Positions 34,073-42,166 of a stretch of 64,000 bases of DNA are shown here, in pieces. Made by a program: the position numbers and the translations under genes. The stretch's first letter is position 1; the number at the start of each line of letters is the position of its first letter. The notes beneath the pieces are model-generated. The model made no database searches. It was given only the letters and a program-made list of their open reading frames with translations, and was not told the origin of the DNA. Source of the DNA: Candidatus Sericytochromatia bacterium (GTDB lineage: Bacteria; Cyanobacteriota; Sericytochromatia; S15B-MN24; VGJW01); assembly GCA_035286125.1 (NCBI GenBank), contig JAYKIS010000086.1:7096-71095 (forward strand), given 5' to 3'.

Positions 34073-35332
34073 GTGCCAGAGCTCGTGCCCCAGATAAACT
34101 GCCCTTCCTGCCATACGCCGAACGACGAGGAAAACCGGTTCTGCTGCGACTGCGGCAAGCCCCTCAAGGCGGCGGTGACGGCGCAGCCCATGGGGGCGGT
34201 GACGCAACCGGCTTCCGGGTATGCGCCGCCCAGCACCCTTTTGGCCCCCTCCACGCTTCTGCAGGAGCGGTACCGCATCACCCAGTTGGTAGGCCAGGGC
34301 GGCATGGGTGCCATCTACCTCGCCAACGATACGCGCTTCAGCTCCAAGGTCTGCATCGTCAAGGAGATGCTGGACCATTTCACGGACCCCGAGCAGCGTG
34401 AGATTGCGACGCAGAACTTCTACCGCGAGGCCGACCTGCTGGCCAACCTCGATCACAATGCGATCCCCGAGGTCTACGATCGCTTCACGGAGGCCAATCG
34501 CCACTACCTGGTCATGGAATACATCCAGGGCACGGATCTCGAGCAACGGATGCACGAGAGCATGGCCCCCTTCGATGAGAAGAGTGTCATCGGCTGGGCC
34601 ATCCAGTGCTGCGACGTGCTGTCGTACCTTCACCACCAGAAACCGCCCATCATCTACCGGGACATGAAGCCGGCGAATCTGATCCTCACCCACTTCGGCA
34701 AGATCTACCTCGTCGACTTCGGCATCGCCCGTTTCTTCAATCCGCAGGCCCGCGGCACGATGATCGGCACGCAAGGCTACGCGCCCCCCGAGCAGTACCG
34801 TGGACAGGTCGAGCAACGGACCGACATCTATGCGCTGGGTGCCACGATGCACTATCTGCTCACCAATCGCGACCCGCAGAACGAGGCGCCCTTCAGCTTC
34901 CCGCCGGTGCGTCAGCTGAACAGCGAGGTCAGCGAGGCCCTCGAGAACATCATCACCAAGATGCTGGAGCCCGAGCTCGAACGTCGCTACCAGACCTGCG
35001 ACGAGCTCCTCGCCGAGCTCATCCTGCTGGGCGGCCACGAGACCGGGGCCGTCCGGAACTGTCCCCACTGCGGGGTCCGCATCTCGCGGGGCCGTCAGTT
35101 CTGTCCCAATTGCAAGGGCTATATTGCCGCCCATCACACGTCGACCTACGACAAGATCCACGCCAAGGCCCTCACGGCGCGCAACCTCGATCCTTCCCTT
35201 GCCGATGCCGCGGATGGACGGCACGGCGGGGCGGTCTGGCAGCAGCCGTGGTTCGTGGCCAGCCTTGTGCCCGTGTCGATGGCCCTCGGTGCCTTGCTGA
35301 TGTGGCTGTTCATGCGGGGAGGTGCGGCATGA
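34073..35332 (+). CDS. Ser/Thr protein kinase flanked by two zinc ribbons, C-terminally tail-anchored
   Basis: GTG start. CPSCHTPNDEENRFCCDCG. Kinase motifs GQGGMGAIY, VCIVKE, IIYRDMKPANLIL, DFGIAR, GTQGYAPPEQ. CPHCGVRISRGRQFCPNCKG. Terminal TM helix WFVASLVPVSMALGALLMWLF. Confidence 0.9.
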   Translation: MPELVPQINCPSCHTPNDEENRFCCDCGKPLKAAVTAQPMGAVTQPASGYAPPSTLLAPSTLLQERYRITQLVGQGGMGAIYLANDTRFSSKVCIVKEMLDHFTDPEQREIATQNFYREADLLANLDHNAIPEVYDRFTEANRHYLVMEYIQGTDLEQRMHESMAPFDEKSVIGWAIQCCDVLSYLHHQKPPIIYRDMKPANLILTHFGKIYLVDFGIARFFNPQARGTMIGTQGYAPPEQYRGQVEQRTDIYALGATMHYLLTNRDPQNEAPFSFPPVRQLNSEVSEALENIITKMLEPELERRYQTCDELLAELILLGGHETGAVRNCPHCGVRISRGRQFCPNCKGYIAAHHTSTYDKIHAKALTARNLDPSLADAADGRHGGAVWQQPWFVASLVPVSMALGALLMWLFMRGGAA

Positions 35333-36975
35333 GCCCGCCACGGACCGTGCCGGAGCCCTTGGGGCCCGACGTGCTCCTGAGGGGGCGCTACCGTATCGAT
35401 CGATTCCTCGAGAGCAAGCACGAGGCCAACCTCTACCGAGCGCTCGACACGATGACCGACCTGCCTGTCATCGTCAAGGAACGCGGGTCCGTGCAGCCGG
35501 GCCCCATACCCGAGGCGCTGGCAGACAGCGAGTGGGCCGATGATGCCGCGGGACATCCCTTCCAGGACGAATTCCTGATTCTCCGGTCCGTGCGCTCCAC
35601 GGCGGTGGTCAAGGCCTTGGATCTGTTTCGGGAAGATGACCGCGCCTACCTGGTGCTCGAGCAACTCGAGGGTCGCGACCTGGCCTATTTCCTGGCGGGT
35701 GGCGAGGACATCCCGGTCCAGCAGGCCATCGACTGGGTGGCCCAGATCTGTGACGCCCTGGGGCAACTCCATGCGTCGGGCATCCTTCACCTCGATCTGC
35801 AGCCCCGGTACCTGGTGGTGTCGCCGGACCGAGGACAGTTGCGCCTGACGGGCTTCCATCGCGCCACGATGGTGCCGGTGCAGAAAGTCGTCGATGCCAC
35901 ACCGGGTTACTCCCCACCCGAACAGTTCGGTTTTCTCGAGGGTCGCGTTACCGAGCGGTCCGACCTCTTTGCGCTGGGAGCCATCTGGCACCAGTTGCTC
36001 ACGACCGTCAGTCCGGAGGAAATCTGGCAACACGAGGAAGACCGCTTTGTCTTCACCGACGTCAGTCACTACCTGCCCGCGATTCATCCGCACATCGAAC
36101 GACTCGTGCGGAAGCTGGTGGCGATCGACCCCCTCGATCGCTTCTCGTCCTGCGCGGAGCTTCGGGCCGAAATCCACGAGTTGGTCCAGAATCCCATCCG
36201 ACGGGTCGGGACCTGTTCGGACGTGGGGATGTTGCGGACAGGCAACGAGGACGCCCTTGGCGTGTTCGAGCTGACCTTCACGGCGCAGGGCCAGAGCAGC
36301 GGTCTCGGGCTCTACATCTGTGCGGACGGGATGGGCGGCGTGAATGCGGGCGAAATCGCCTCGGCGATCACGGTCGACGAGGTCACGAGTTACGTCCAGA
36401 ACGCCTTGGCCTCGCTCGGAGACGGCGAGGATCCGTCCAGCCAGGTCAAGCTGCATCTGCAGCAGGCGGTCAAGGTCGCCAATGCCCGGGTCTACGACAC
36501 CGGGCGTGCCAATCCGGCGATGCAGGGCATGGGGACCACCGTCACCACGGCCTTGGTCTTCGGGCACACGGTCTATGTCGCCCATGTCGGCGACTCGTGC
36601 TGCTACCTGATCAACAGGCAGGGCATCGACAAGGTCTCGCGGGACCACAGCCTTGTCGGGCGCTTGGTCGAATTGGGCCAGATCACGCCCGAGGAGGCGC
36701 TGGTCCATCCGCAGCGCAACCTGATTTACCGCTCGCTGGGGACCTACCCCAATGTCGAGGTCGACCTGTACCAGCGTCCCTTGCGGACGGGGGACTGGCT
36801 GCTGCTTTGCAGTGATGGCCTGACCGGGCACGTTTCCGACCCCGAGCTGCACCAGATCGTCACCGATGCCATCGATCCCGTCGCGGCCGCCCAGCGGCTC
36901 GTCAACCTCGCGAATCAGCGCGGGGGCGAGGATAACATCACCGTGGTGCTGGTCCAGATGTCGGAGTACCGGTAA
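35329..36975 (+). CDS. pseudokinase domain fused to PP2C-type Ser/Thr phosphatase
   Basis: ATG 35329 (ATGA overlap with the kinase stop). The N-terminal half is kinase-like but has no Gly-rich loop, HLDLQPRY in place of HRDxKxxN and TGF in place of DFG. The C-terminal half is PP2C with GNEDA, ADGMGG, MGTT, SDGL and GGEDNITVV. Confidence 0.85.
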   Translation: MSPPRTVPEPLGPDVLLRGRYRIDRFLESKHEANLYRALDTMTDLPVIVKERGSVQPGPIPEALADSEWADDAAGHPFQDEFLILRSVRSTAVVKALDLFREDDRAYLVLEQLEGRDLAYFLAGGEDIPVQQAIDWVAQICDALGQLHASGILHLDLQPRYLVVSPDRGQLRLTGFHRATMVPVQKVVDATPGYSPPEQFGFLEGRVTERSDLFALGAIWHQLLTTVSPEEIWQHEEDRFVFTDVSHYLPAIHPHIERLVRKLVAIDPLDRFSSCAELRAEIHELVQNPIRRVGTCSDVGMLRTGNEDALGVFELTFTAQGQSSGLGLYICADGMGGVNAGEIASAITVDEVTSYVQNALASLGDGEDPSSQVKLHLQQAVKVANARVYDTGRANPAMQGMGTTVTTALVFGHTVYVAHVGDSCCYLINRQGIDKVSRDHSLVGRLVELGQITPEEALVHPQRNLIYRSLGTYPNVEVDLYQRPLRTGDWLLLCSDGLTGHVSDPELHQIVTDAIDPVAAAQRLVNLANQRGGEDNITVVLVQMSEYR

Positions 36976-37057
36976 GTGACGGAACCCTGGACGCGCGGCG
37001 TCGTCCGGAGGGTAGGATGGTAACGTCGCGACGCATGGCTCCCGGAGGACGACCCAG

Positions 37058-37444
37058 ATGACCCTTGCCGAACAGCCCCAGGCCACCGACAACGCTTCCA
37101 TGGCTCCGCCTGCGCGCCTGGTCATCAAGCGCGGCGGTCGTGTCAACCAGACCTTCCAGCTCGAGCGCAAGGGAGAGACCCACGTCGGCCGCTGGGATCC
37201 GGACGGGGGGGCCTTCCCCGAGATCGACCTGACGGAGGACGATCCCGAGGCCAAGATTTCGCGGAAACATGCGCGCTTCTTCGTCGAGGAAGGCGCCTAC
37301 TTCCTGGAAGATCTGGGGTCGCTGAACGGTACCTTCGTCAACCGGGGCGCACGGCTCCTGCCCGGCCAACCGGTCGGCGTCAAGGACGGGGATGAAGTTC
37401 TGCTGGGCAAGACCTTCTGCACGTTCATCCAGGACCAGGCGTGA
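37058..37444 (+). CDS. FHA domain protein
   Basis: 128 aa. THVGRW...ISRKHARFFVEEGAYFLEDLGSLNGTFVNG is the canonical FHA G-R...S-x-x-H...N-G-T signature. Confidence 0.9.
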   Translation: MTLAEQPQATDNASMAPPARLVIKRGGRVNQTFQLERKGETHVGRWDPDGGAFPEIDLTEDDPEAKISRKHARFFVEEGAYFLEDLGSLNGTFVNRGARLLPGQPVGVKDGDEVLLGKTFCTFIQDQA

Positions 37445-37992
37445 TGGCGATGCGTCCGCGCCTGCTGCCGCGCCTGCTTGGCGCGGCCCTGTTGCCCTTG
37501 TTCGCGGCCCAGCCCGCCCTGTCGGCGGACAAGCAGGCTCCGGCCTTCGATTTGGCGGTAATTCCCGTTGAAGGCAAGGCCTCACCCAAGCGCGTCAGCC
37601 TGGCTTCACTCAAGGGCAAGGTCGTCCTGCTGAATTTCTGGGCCACTTGGTGCCCGCCTTGCCGGCACGAAATTCCCGACCTGATTCGCCTGCAGCAGGA
37701 CCTCAAGGGCAAGGGGTTCACCGTGCTGGGCGTGTCGCTTGATGACGAGCCCAAGGTGGCGGTGCCGATCTTCGCGAAGGAGTTCGCCGAGCGTCAGGGC
37801 ACCCGGTTCAACTACCCTCTGCTCGTGGGCTCCGAGGAGCTTGCGCGTGGCTTCGGGGGCATCCGCGGGATTCCGACGACCTTTCTCATCGACCGCAAGG
37901 GTGTGATTCGCCAGAAGTGGATCGGCCCGCCGGGCGAGGAGCACGACGAGATCCTGGCCAACTTCAACAAGGCCATCAAGCCGTTGCTGTAG
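37441..37992 (+). CDS. TlpA/ResA-family periplasmic thiol:disulfide oxidoreductase
   Basis: GTG 37441 (GTGA overlap with the FHA stop), or ATG 37444. Signal peptide MRPRLLPRLLGAALLPLFAAQPALSA. Active site FWATWCPPCRHEIP. Confidence 0.85.
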   Translation: MMAMRPRLLPRLLGAALLPLFAAQPALSADKQAPAFDLAVIPVEGKASPKRVSLASLKGKVVLLNFWATWCPPCRHEIPDLIRLQQDLKGKGFTVLGVSLDDEPKVAVPIFAKEFAERQGTRFNYPLLVGSEELARGFGGIRGIPTTFLIDRKGVIRQKWIGPPGEEHDEILANFNKAIKPLL

Positions 37993-38006
37993 GCGCCTGA
38001 ATCAAG

Positions 38007-38048
38007 GCAATAGCCCGGTCATCCCCTGCAGGATGGCTGGGCTATTGC
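38007..38048. terminator. bidirectional stem-loop between convergent tlpA-like and recombinase genes
   Basis: GCAATAGCCC..CATCC cctgca GGATG..GGGCTATTGC: a 10-bp outer stem plus a 5-bp inner stem, read directly. No clear U-tract. Confidence 0.55.
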
Positions 38049-38061
38049 GCTACGAAGAGGG

Positions 38062-38850
38062 TCAGATGACCTGAAGCACGGCCTTGCCGTTGTTGACCTC
38101 GGTGAAGAGCTCCTTCGAGATGATGGGCTCGTGGTCACGCTCGAAGACCTTGTTCTGGCACTGGTAGTCGCCGGTGTAGAAGATGTTCTCGAGGATGGTC
38201 TTGACGGTGTTGGCCTGCCAACGTCCGCCACGCTTGGTCGGGATACCGTCCCGGCTCAGGTCGCCGGCGATCTGGCGCAGGCTGCGACCGGCGGACCGCT
38301 CGCGGAAGATGCGCTGGACGACGGGGGCTTCCCGTTCGTTGATGACGAACTGGTTGGTGCTCTCGTCGAGGGTGTAGCCGAAGGGGCAGGTGCCGCCGTT
38401 GTGCAGCACTTCGCGGGCCCGGACGTAGACCTTGGAGGTCGTGGGGGCCTTGATGGGCTTGATCCAGCCAGCCACCTGGGGAATGCGGACGAGGACCCGG
38501 ATCAGCTGCATGCCTTCGGGCTTGCTCGTGTCGACGCCTTCGGCGATGGACACGAGGCGCACTTCGCGATGGGCGAACTCGGAGAGGACCGTGGCGACAT
38601 CGTGGAAGCGCCGGCCGAGGCTGTTCAGGCTGGGCATCACGAGGACGGTGTTGGGCTCGGCGATGAGGCTGCCGAGGATGGGGCGCTCGAGAGCCGAACC
38701 GAAGTGGCCGGTCTCGATGTGAACGTCTGTCAGCTTGATGCCGTTGGCATCGCAGTAGGCCTCGAGGGTGCTGCGGGCTGCCGTGACGCGCTCGGGGCGC
38801 GAAGCATCCTCAGGGCTGAGCCAGACGTAACCGTGGAAGGTGGGATTCAT
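38062..38850 (-). CDS. serine-recombinase-family protein, truncated (resolvase plus recombinase domains only), with a degenerate catalytic motif
   Basis: Trimmed to ATG 38850 (SD AGGAGA). N-terminus GYVWLSPEDA versus canonical YxRVSTxxQ; LNSLGRR versus LDRLxR. Recombinase domain CPFGYTLDE...EAPVVQRIFRERSAGRSLRQIAGDLSRDGIPTKRGGRWQANTVKTILENIFYTG. Ends at 262 aa with no zinc-ribbon or coiled-coil. Confidence 0.75.
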   Translation of the reverse strand: MNPTFHGYVWLSPEDASRPERVTAARSTLEAYCDANGIKLTDVHIETGHFGSALERPILGSLIAEPNTVLVMPSLNSLGRRFHDVATVLSEFAHREVRLVSIAEGVDTSKPEGMQLIRVLVRIPQVAGWIKPIKAPTTSKVYVRAREVLHNGGTCPFGYTLDESTNQFVINEREAPVVQRIFRERSAGRSLRQIAGDLSRDGIPTKRGGRWQANTVKTILENIFYTGDYQCQNKVFERDHEPIISKELFTEVNNGKAVLQVI

Positions 38851-38907
38851 GGGGTTTTCTCCTGGCGCCGTGAGCCGCACGGTGGGCTCTCCGACGTATT
38901 CTAAAAG

Positions 38908-38965
38908 TTTCTTAAGAAACACCAATGCAACTACTATGTCAGATAGACGTTAAGGCGCACTTAAG
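38908..38965. promoter_or_regulatory. AT-rich spacer with perfect palindrome TTTCTTAAGAAA and repeated CTTAAGAA half-sites upstream of the recombinase gene
   Basis: Read directly: tttcttaagaaa at 38908-38919, cttaagaag at 38960-38968, gttaagg at 38949-38955. Region 38895-39000 is markedly AT-rich in a high-GC genome. Confidence 0.3.
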
Positions 38966-39045
38966 AAGCAAGTAAGATGAATTTAACTTTGATTTGATGG
39001 AGGCGTCAAGTCGCTTGCCGTGCGCCTTTGGGTGGTCAATAGGCG

Positions 39046-41409
39046 TCATGACAAGAACGTGACGATCGTCACCCCGTCACCCCCCTCTCCGGACTGGCCG
39101 GGGCGCCATCCGGCGACGCCCGGTTGGCCGTCGAGGTGTTGCCGGACAGCCTGCAGGAGGGCGCCCGTGCCGTGACCGTGGATGACGACCCCGGTCTCGT
39201 GTCCGGCGAGCCACGCGGCCGCCAGCCACCGATCCAGCGCGGGCACGGCCTCGAGGACCTGTCGGCCCCGCAGGTCGACCGTTCGGGAAGCATGCGGGGG
39301 ATCCCACGCCTCGATGGACCCGCCGGTCCGTTTCCGCTGCGAAGGCGGCGGCGCCTTGGGCATGACCGCGGGGGGGCGCGCTCCCTTCTCCGGGCCTGAG
39401 GCGACCTCGGAAAGGCGTACCGTCAGCTTGAGGCCCCCCACATCCGCCTGCAGCAGGCCGCGTTCGTCGGGAGCACGCGCCACCGTGCCCCAGCGCTCGA
39501 GGCGAACCAGCCAGACCGGCTGGCCGGCCTCGAGGGGGGTCTCGGCAGCAGGGGGTTGGGGTGGCGCAAGTCGTCCCCGTGCCGAGGCCTCGAGGCGTTC
39601 CTTGGCTTGCTGGATCTGGGCGCCGGTAGGCCGGCCCTTAAGGATGGCGATGGCGTCCCGAACCTGGCTTCTGGCCTCGTCCAGCTCCGCATCGAGCGAG
39701 GCACGCGCCTTGCGCCGGAGGTCGCGTTCCTCCTGGCGCCAACCCGCAAGTCGCGTTTCAAGCTCCGCCTGCAGGGCCTCGGCTTTTTGGCGCGAGGCGG
39801 CGAGGGCCCGGCCGTGGTCTTCGGCCTCTGCGCGCGCCCGGTCGAGCTCCGCCACCAGGCGATCCTTCGTGTCCTGCCGTGCCTCGTGCAGCGCCCGGGC
39901 CCGGCCCAGCACGTGAGCGGGCAGCCCGAGGCGGCCGGCCACGGCGATGCCGAGCGAGGCTCCCGGTTGTCCGTGGGAAAGCCGGTAGCGCGGCTCCATG
40001 CGGTCCAGATCGAATCGCGTCGTCGCCAGTCCGAGCCGGTTGTCCTCGAAGGGCAGGGTCTTGAGTTGGCCCAGGTGGGTGGTGGCCACCACCCAGGCGC
40101 CCGAGTCGAGTACGGCTTCGAGAATCGCGCGGGCCAGCGCTGCGCCTTCCTCGGGGTCCGTACCCGAGCCGACCTCGTCGAGCAGGACCAGGTGTCCGGG
40201 CCGCAGGTCGGGCAGCAGCCGGGAGAGGGCCTTGACGTGGCCGCTGAAGGTCGACAGGTCTCCGTCGAGGGATTGCGGGTCGCCAATTTCCGCGTGCAGG
40301 CCCGTGAGGTGGGGCAGGCGGGTGCCAGGCCCCACTGGCGGCAAGATGCCGGATTGGTGCAAGAGGATCGTCGTGCCCAAGGTCTTCAGGGCAGCCGTCT
40401 TGCCGCCGGTGTTGGGCCCCGTGATCAGCAGCCCCCCGGTACCCAGATGGAGGTCGATGGGGACCGCCGCTTCTTCGAGCCGAAGCCGGAGCAGGGCGTG
40501 TCGCGTATCCCGAAGCTCCGGAGCTTCCCCGACATCGGGCCGGCGTCCCTGCCAGCGCCAGCCCAATCGTACGCGCGCCTGGGCCAGGTCCATCCGGATC
40601 AACAGGGCGGTCGCCTCGCGCAGCGCTGTGCCGTGGCGTCCCACCTCGCGGCAGAGGGCCTCGAGGATGCGGGCCTCCTCACGCCGTACCGCGGCGTCGG
40701 CAGTCGCCCACGACTCGTTGGCCTCGAGGAGATCGGGCGGTTCGACGTGCAGGGTCCTGCCGCTCGTGGAGCGGTCGATCACCAACCCAGGCACCTCGCC
40801 GCGCCGATCCGCCCGGATCGGCAGGACCCATCGCTCGTGCCGCAGAAGCACATGGTCTTCGCCGAGTGCTTCTGCATGACGGCGGGCCAGGCCCTCGGCC
40901 CTGCGGCGTGCGGCCCTGCCCGCCTCGAGTGCCTCGCGGCGCATTGGTCCCAGCTCCGGGGATGCTCCATCCTCGAGGGTGCCGTCCTCGGCGATGACGG
41001 CTTCGATGATCTGCCGGACCCGGGCGACGTCCGGCCAGACCCACGAGCGTACGGCGAGGACGGCGCCAAGACGAGCATAGCGGCGCGTGCGTGCCTGCCA
41101 GGCCTCGGCGAGGCCGGCCCAGCGTGCCATCTGGCGAAGCTCTTGTCCGGACAGGCTGCCACCTTGTTCCGTCCGGCGAATCAGCAACTCGGGCTCGTCC
41201 AGCCCGCCCGTGTCCGCGCGGGCTCCTGCGAGGGCCTCATCCAGGGCCTCCGTCAGGTCCAGCAGCCACGCCACCTCATCTGCGTCCGCGCTCGGTATCA
41301 CGGCAAGCGCCTCGCGTCCTGCGGCCGCGCCCTCCGTCTCGGCGGCGAGACAGGCCCTGAGCGCGTCCCAGTCGAGGGCCGAGAGCGTCCGTGCGCCAAA
41401 GCCGAGCAT
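39046..41409 (-). CDS. mutS2: endonuclease MutS2 (MutS-II ATPase with C-terminal Smr domain)
   Basis: Walker A ITGPNTGGKTAALKTLG, LLDEVGSGTDPEEGAALA, and C-terminal Smr (VDLRGRQVLEAVPALDRWLAAAWLAGHETGVVIHGHGTGALL). Confidence 0.92.
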   Translation of the reverse strand: MLGFGARTLSALDWDALRACLAAETEGAAAGREALAVIPSADADEVAWLLDLTEALDEALAGARADTGGLDEPELLIRRTEQGGSLSGQELRQMARWAGLAEAWQARTRRYARLGAVLAVRSWVWPDVARVRQIIEAVIAEDGTLEDGASPELGPMRREALEAGRAARRRAEGLARRHAEALGEDHVLLRHERWVLPIRADRRGEVPGLVIDRSTSGRTLHVEPPDLLEANESWATADAAVRREEARILEALCREVGRHGTALREATALLIRMDLAQARVRLGWRWQGRRPDVGEAPELRDTRHALLRLRLEEAAVPIDLHLGTGGLLITGPNTGGKTAALKTLGTTILLHQSGILPPVGPGTRLPHLTGLHAEIGDPQSLDGDLSTFSGHVKALSRLLPDLRPGHLVLLDEVGSGTDPEEGAALARAILEAVLDSGAWVVATTHLGQLKTLPFEDNRLGLATTRFDLDRMEPRYRLSHGQPGASLGIAVAGRLGLPAHVLGRARALHEARQDTKDRLVAELDRARAEAEDHGRALAASRQKAEALQAELETRLAGWRQEERDLRRKARASLDAELDEARSQVRDAIAILKGRPTGAQIQQAKERLEASARGRLAPPQPPAAETPLEAGQPVWLVRLERWGTVARAPDERGLLQADVGGLKLTVRLSEVASGPEKGARPPAVMPKAPPPSQRKRTGGSIEAWDPPHASRTVDLRGRQVLEAVPALDRWLAAAWLAGHETGVVIHGHGTGALLQAVRQHLDGQPGVAGWRPGQSGEGGDGVTIVTFLS

Positions 41410-41437
41410 GGCCCCATCGTAGCACCGTGTACAGGCC

Positions 41438-42103
41438 CTAGCCGTCTTGCTCCCCGGAGCTTCGAGAGGCGGGACTTTCGCCGGCCCAACGGAGCAATGC
41501 GGCTTGATCCTCCGGGTCCTCTCGGAGAAACAGCACCGTCCCGGGGCGTGCCGTCCGGTGTCGGGCGGAGGTCAGCGTCACGTAGGTACCGGCCAGCCCC
41601 AGCAGCAGCGCCACGGAGACGACGCCGGGATTCGCACCAAGCCCGAGGAAGGCGCCGCAGGTGGCGCCTGCCAGCATCTGGGCCAGGATGCGCCAACTTC
41701 GCTCCAGCAGGCCGTCCGGACCTTCGAGCAGGCTGACGGCCTCGAGCATGGGGCGGGTCGCGGCGGGTTCGAGCCAGCGCGCCAGCATGAAGACGGGACG
41801 TTGCAGCAAGCCGAGATAAAGGCCCAATACGCCGCCGAGTGCGCTACCCAGCAGGGGCCCCGGGGCCAATTCCGTCACGCGCCAGACCCAGGCGAGAAAG
41901 GCCGTGAGCAGGAAGCCGCGCAGGTGCAGGAGGAGCAGGCCGTGCCTCGGGGCCTCGGGATGCCCCGGTGCGACAAGATGCCCCAGCAGCAGGGCGTGGT
42001 CGGGCGTGACGAGCCCGATTCGGCGCCCGAGTCCCAGGATCAGGCTCAGTGCGCCGCTGGCCCCCAGCGCGGCCCAGACCATCGCGATCGCATCCAAGGG
42101 CAC
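41438..42103 (-). CDS. hypothetical integral membrane protein
   Basis: 221 aa with several hydrophobic segments (AMVWAALGASGALSLILGL, GFLLTAFLAWVW, LGSALGGVLGLYLGLL, GVVSVALLLGLAG). GTG 42103; the exact start is uncertain. Confidence 0.5.
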   Translation of the reverse strand: MPLDAIAMVWAALGASGALSLILGLGRRIGLVTPDHALLLGHLVAPGHPEAPRHGLLLLHLRGFLLTAFLAWVWRVTELAPGPLLGSALGGVLGLYLGLLQRPVFMLARWLEPAATRPMLEAVSLLEGPDGLLERSWRILAQMLAGATCGAFLGLGANPGVVSVALLLGLAGTYVTLTSARHRTARPGTVLFLREDPEDQAALLRWAGESPASRSSGEQDG

Positions 42104-42166
42104 CTCCTGCGAGGGTTTCGCAGGGGCACGATGCCGGTGGCGTCCCGGGCCGGCAAGGTCCGCCCG

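Noticed and set aside
37993-41409. Prophage or integrative element bounded by the serine recombinase
   Set aside because: There are no phage, conjugation or IS genes on either side (tlpA-like and mutS2 are core-type). There is no tRNA target and no flanking direct repeats that I could see. The GC of the recombinase gene looks native. Only the degenerate-recombinase interpretation is retained.
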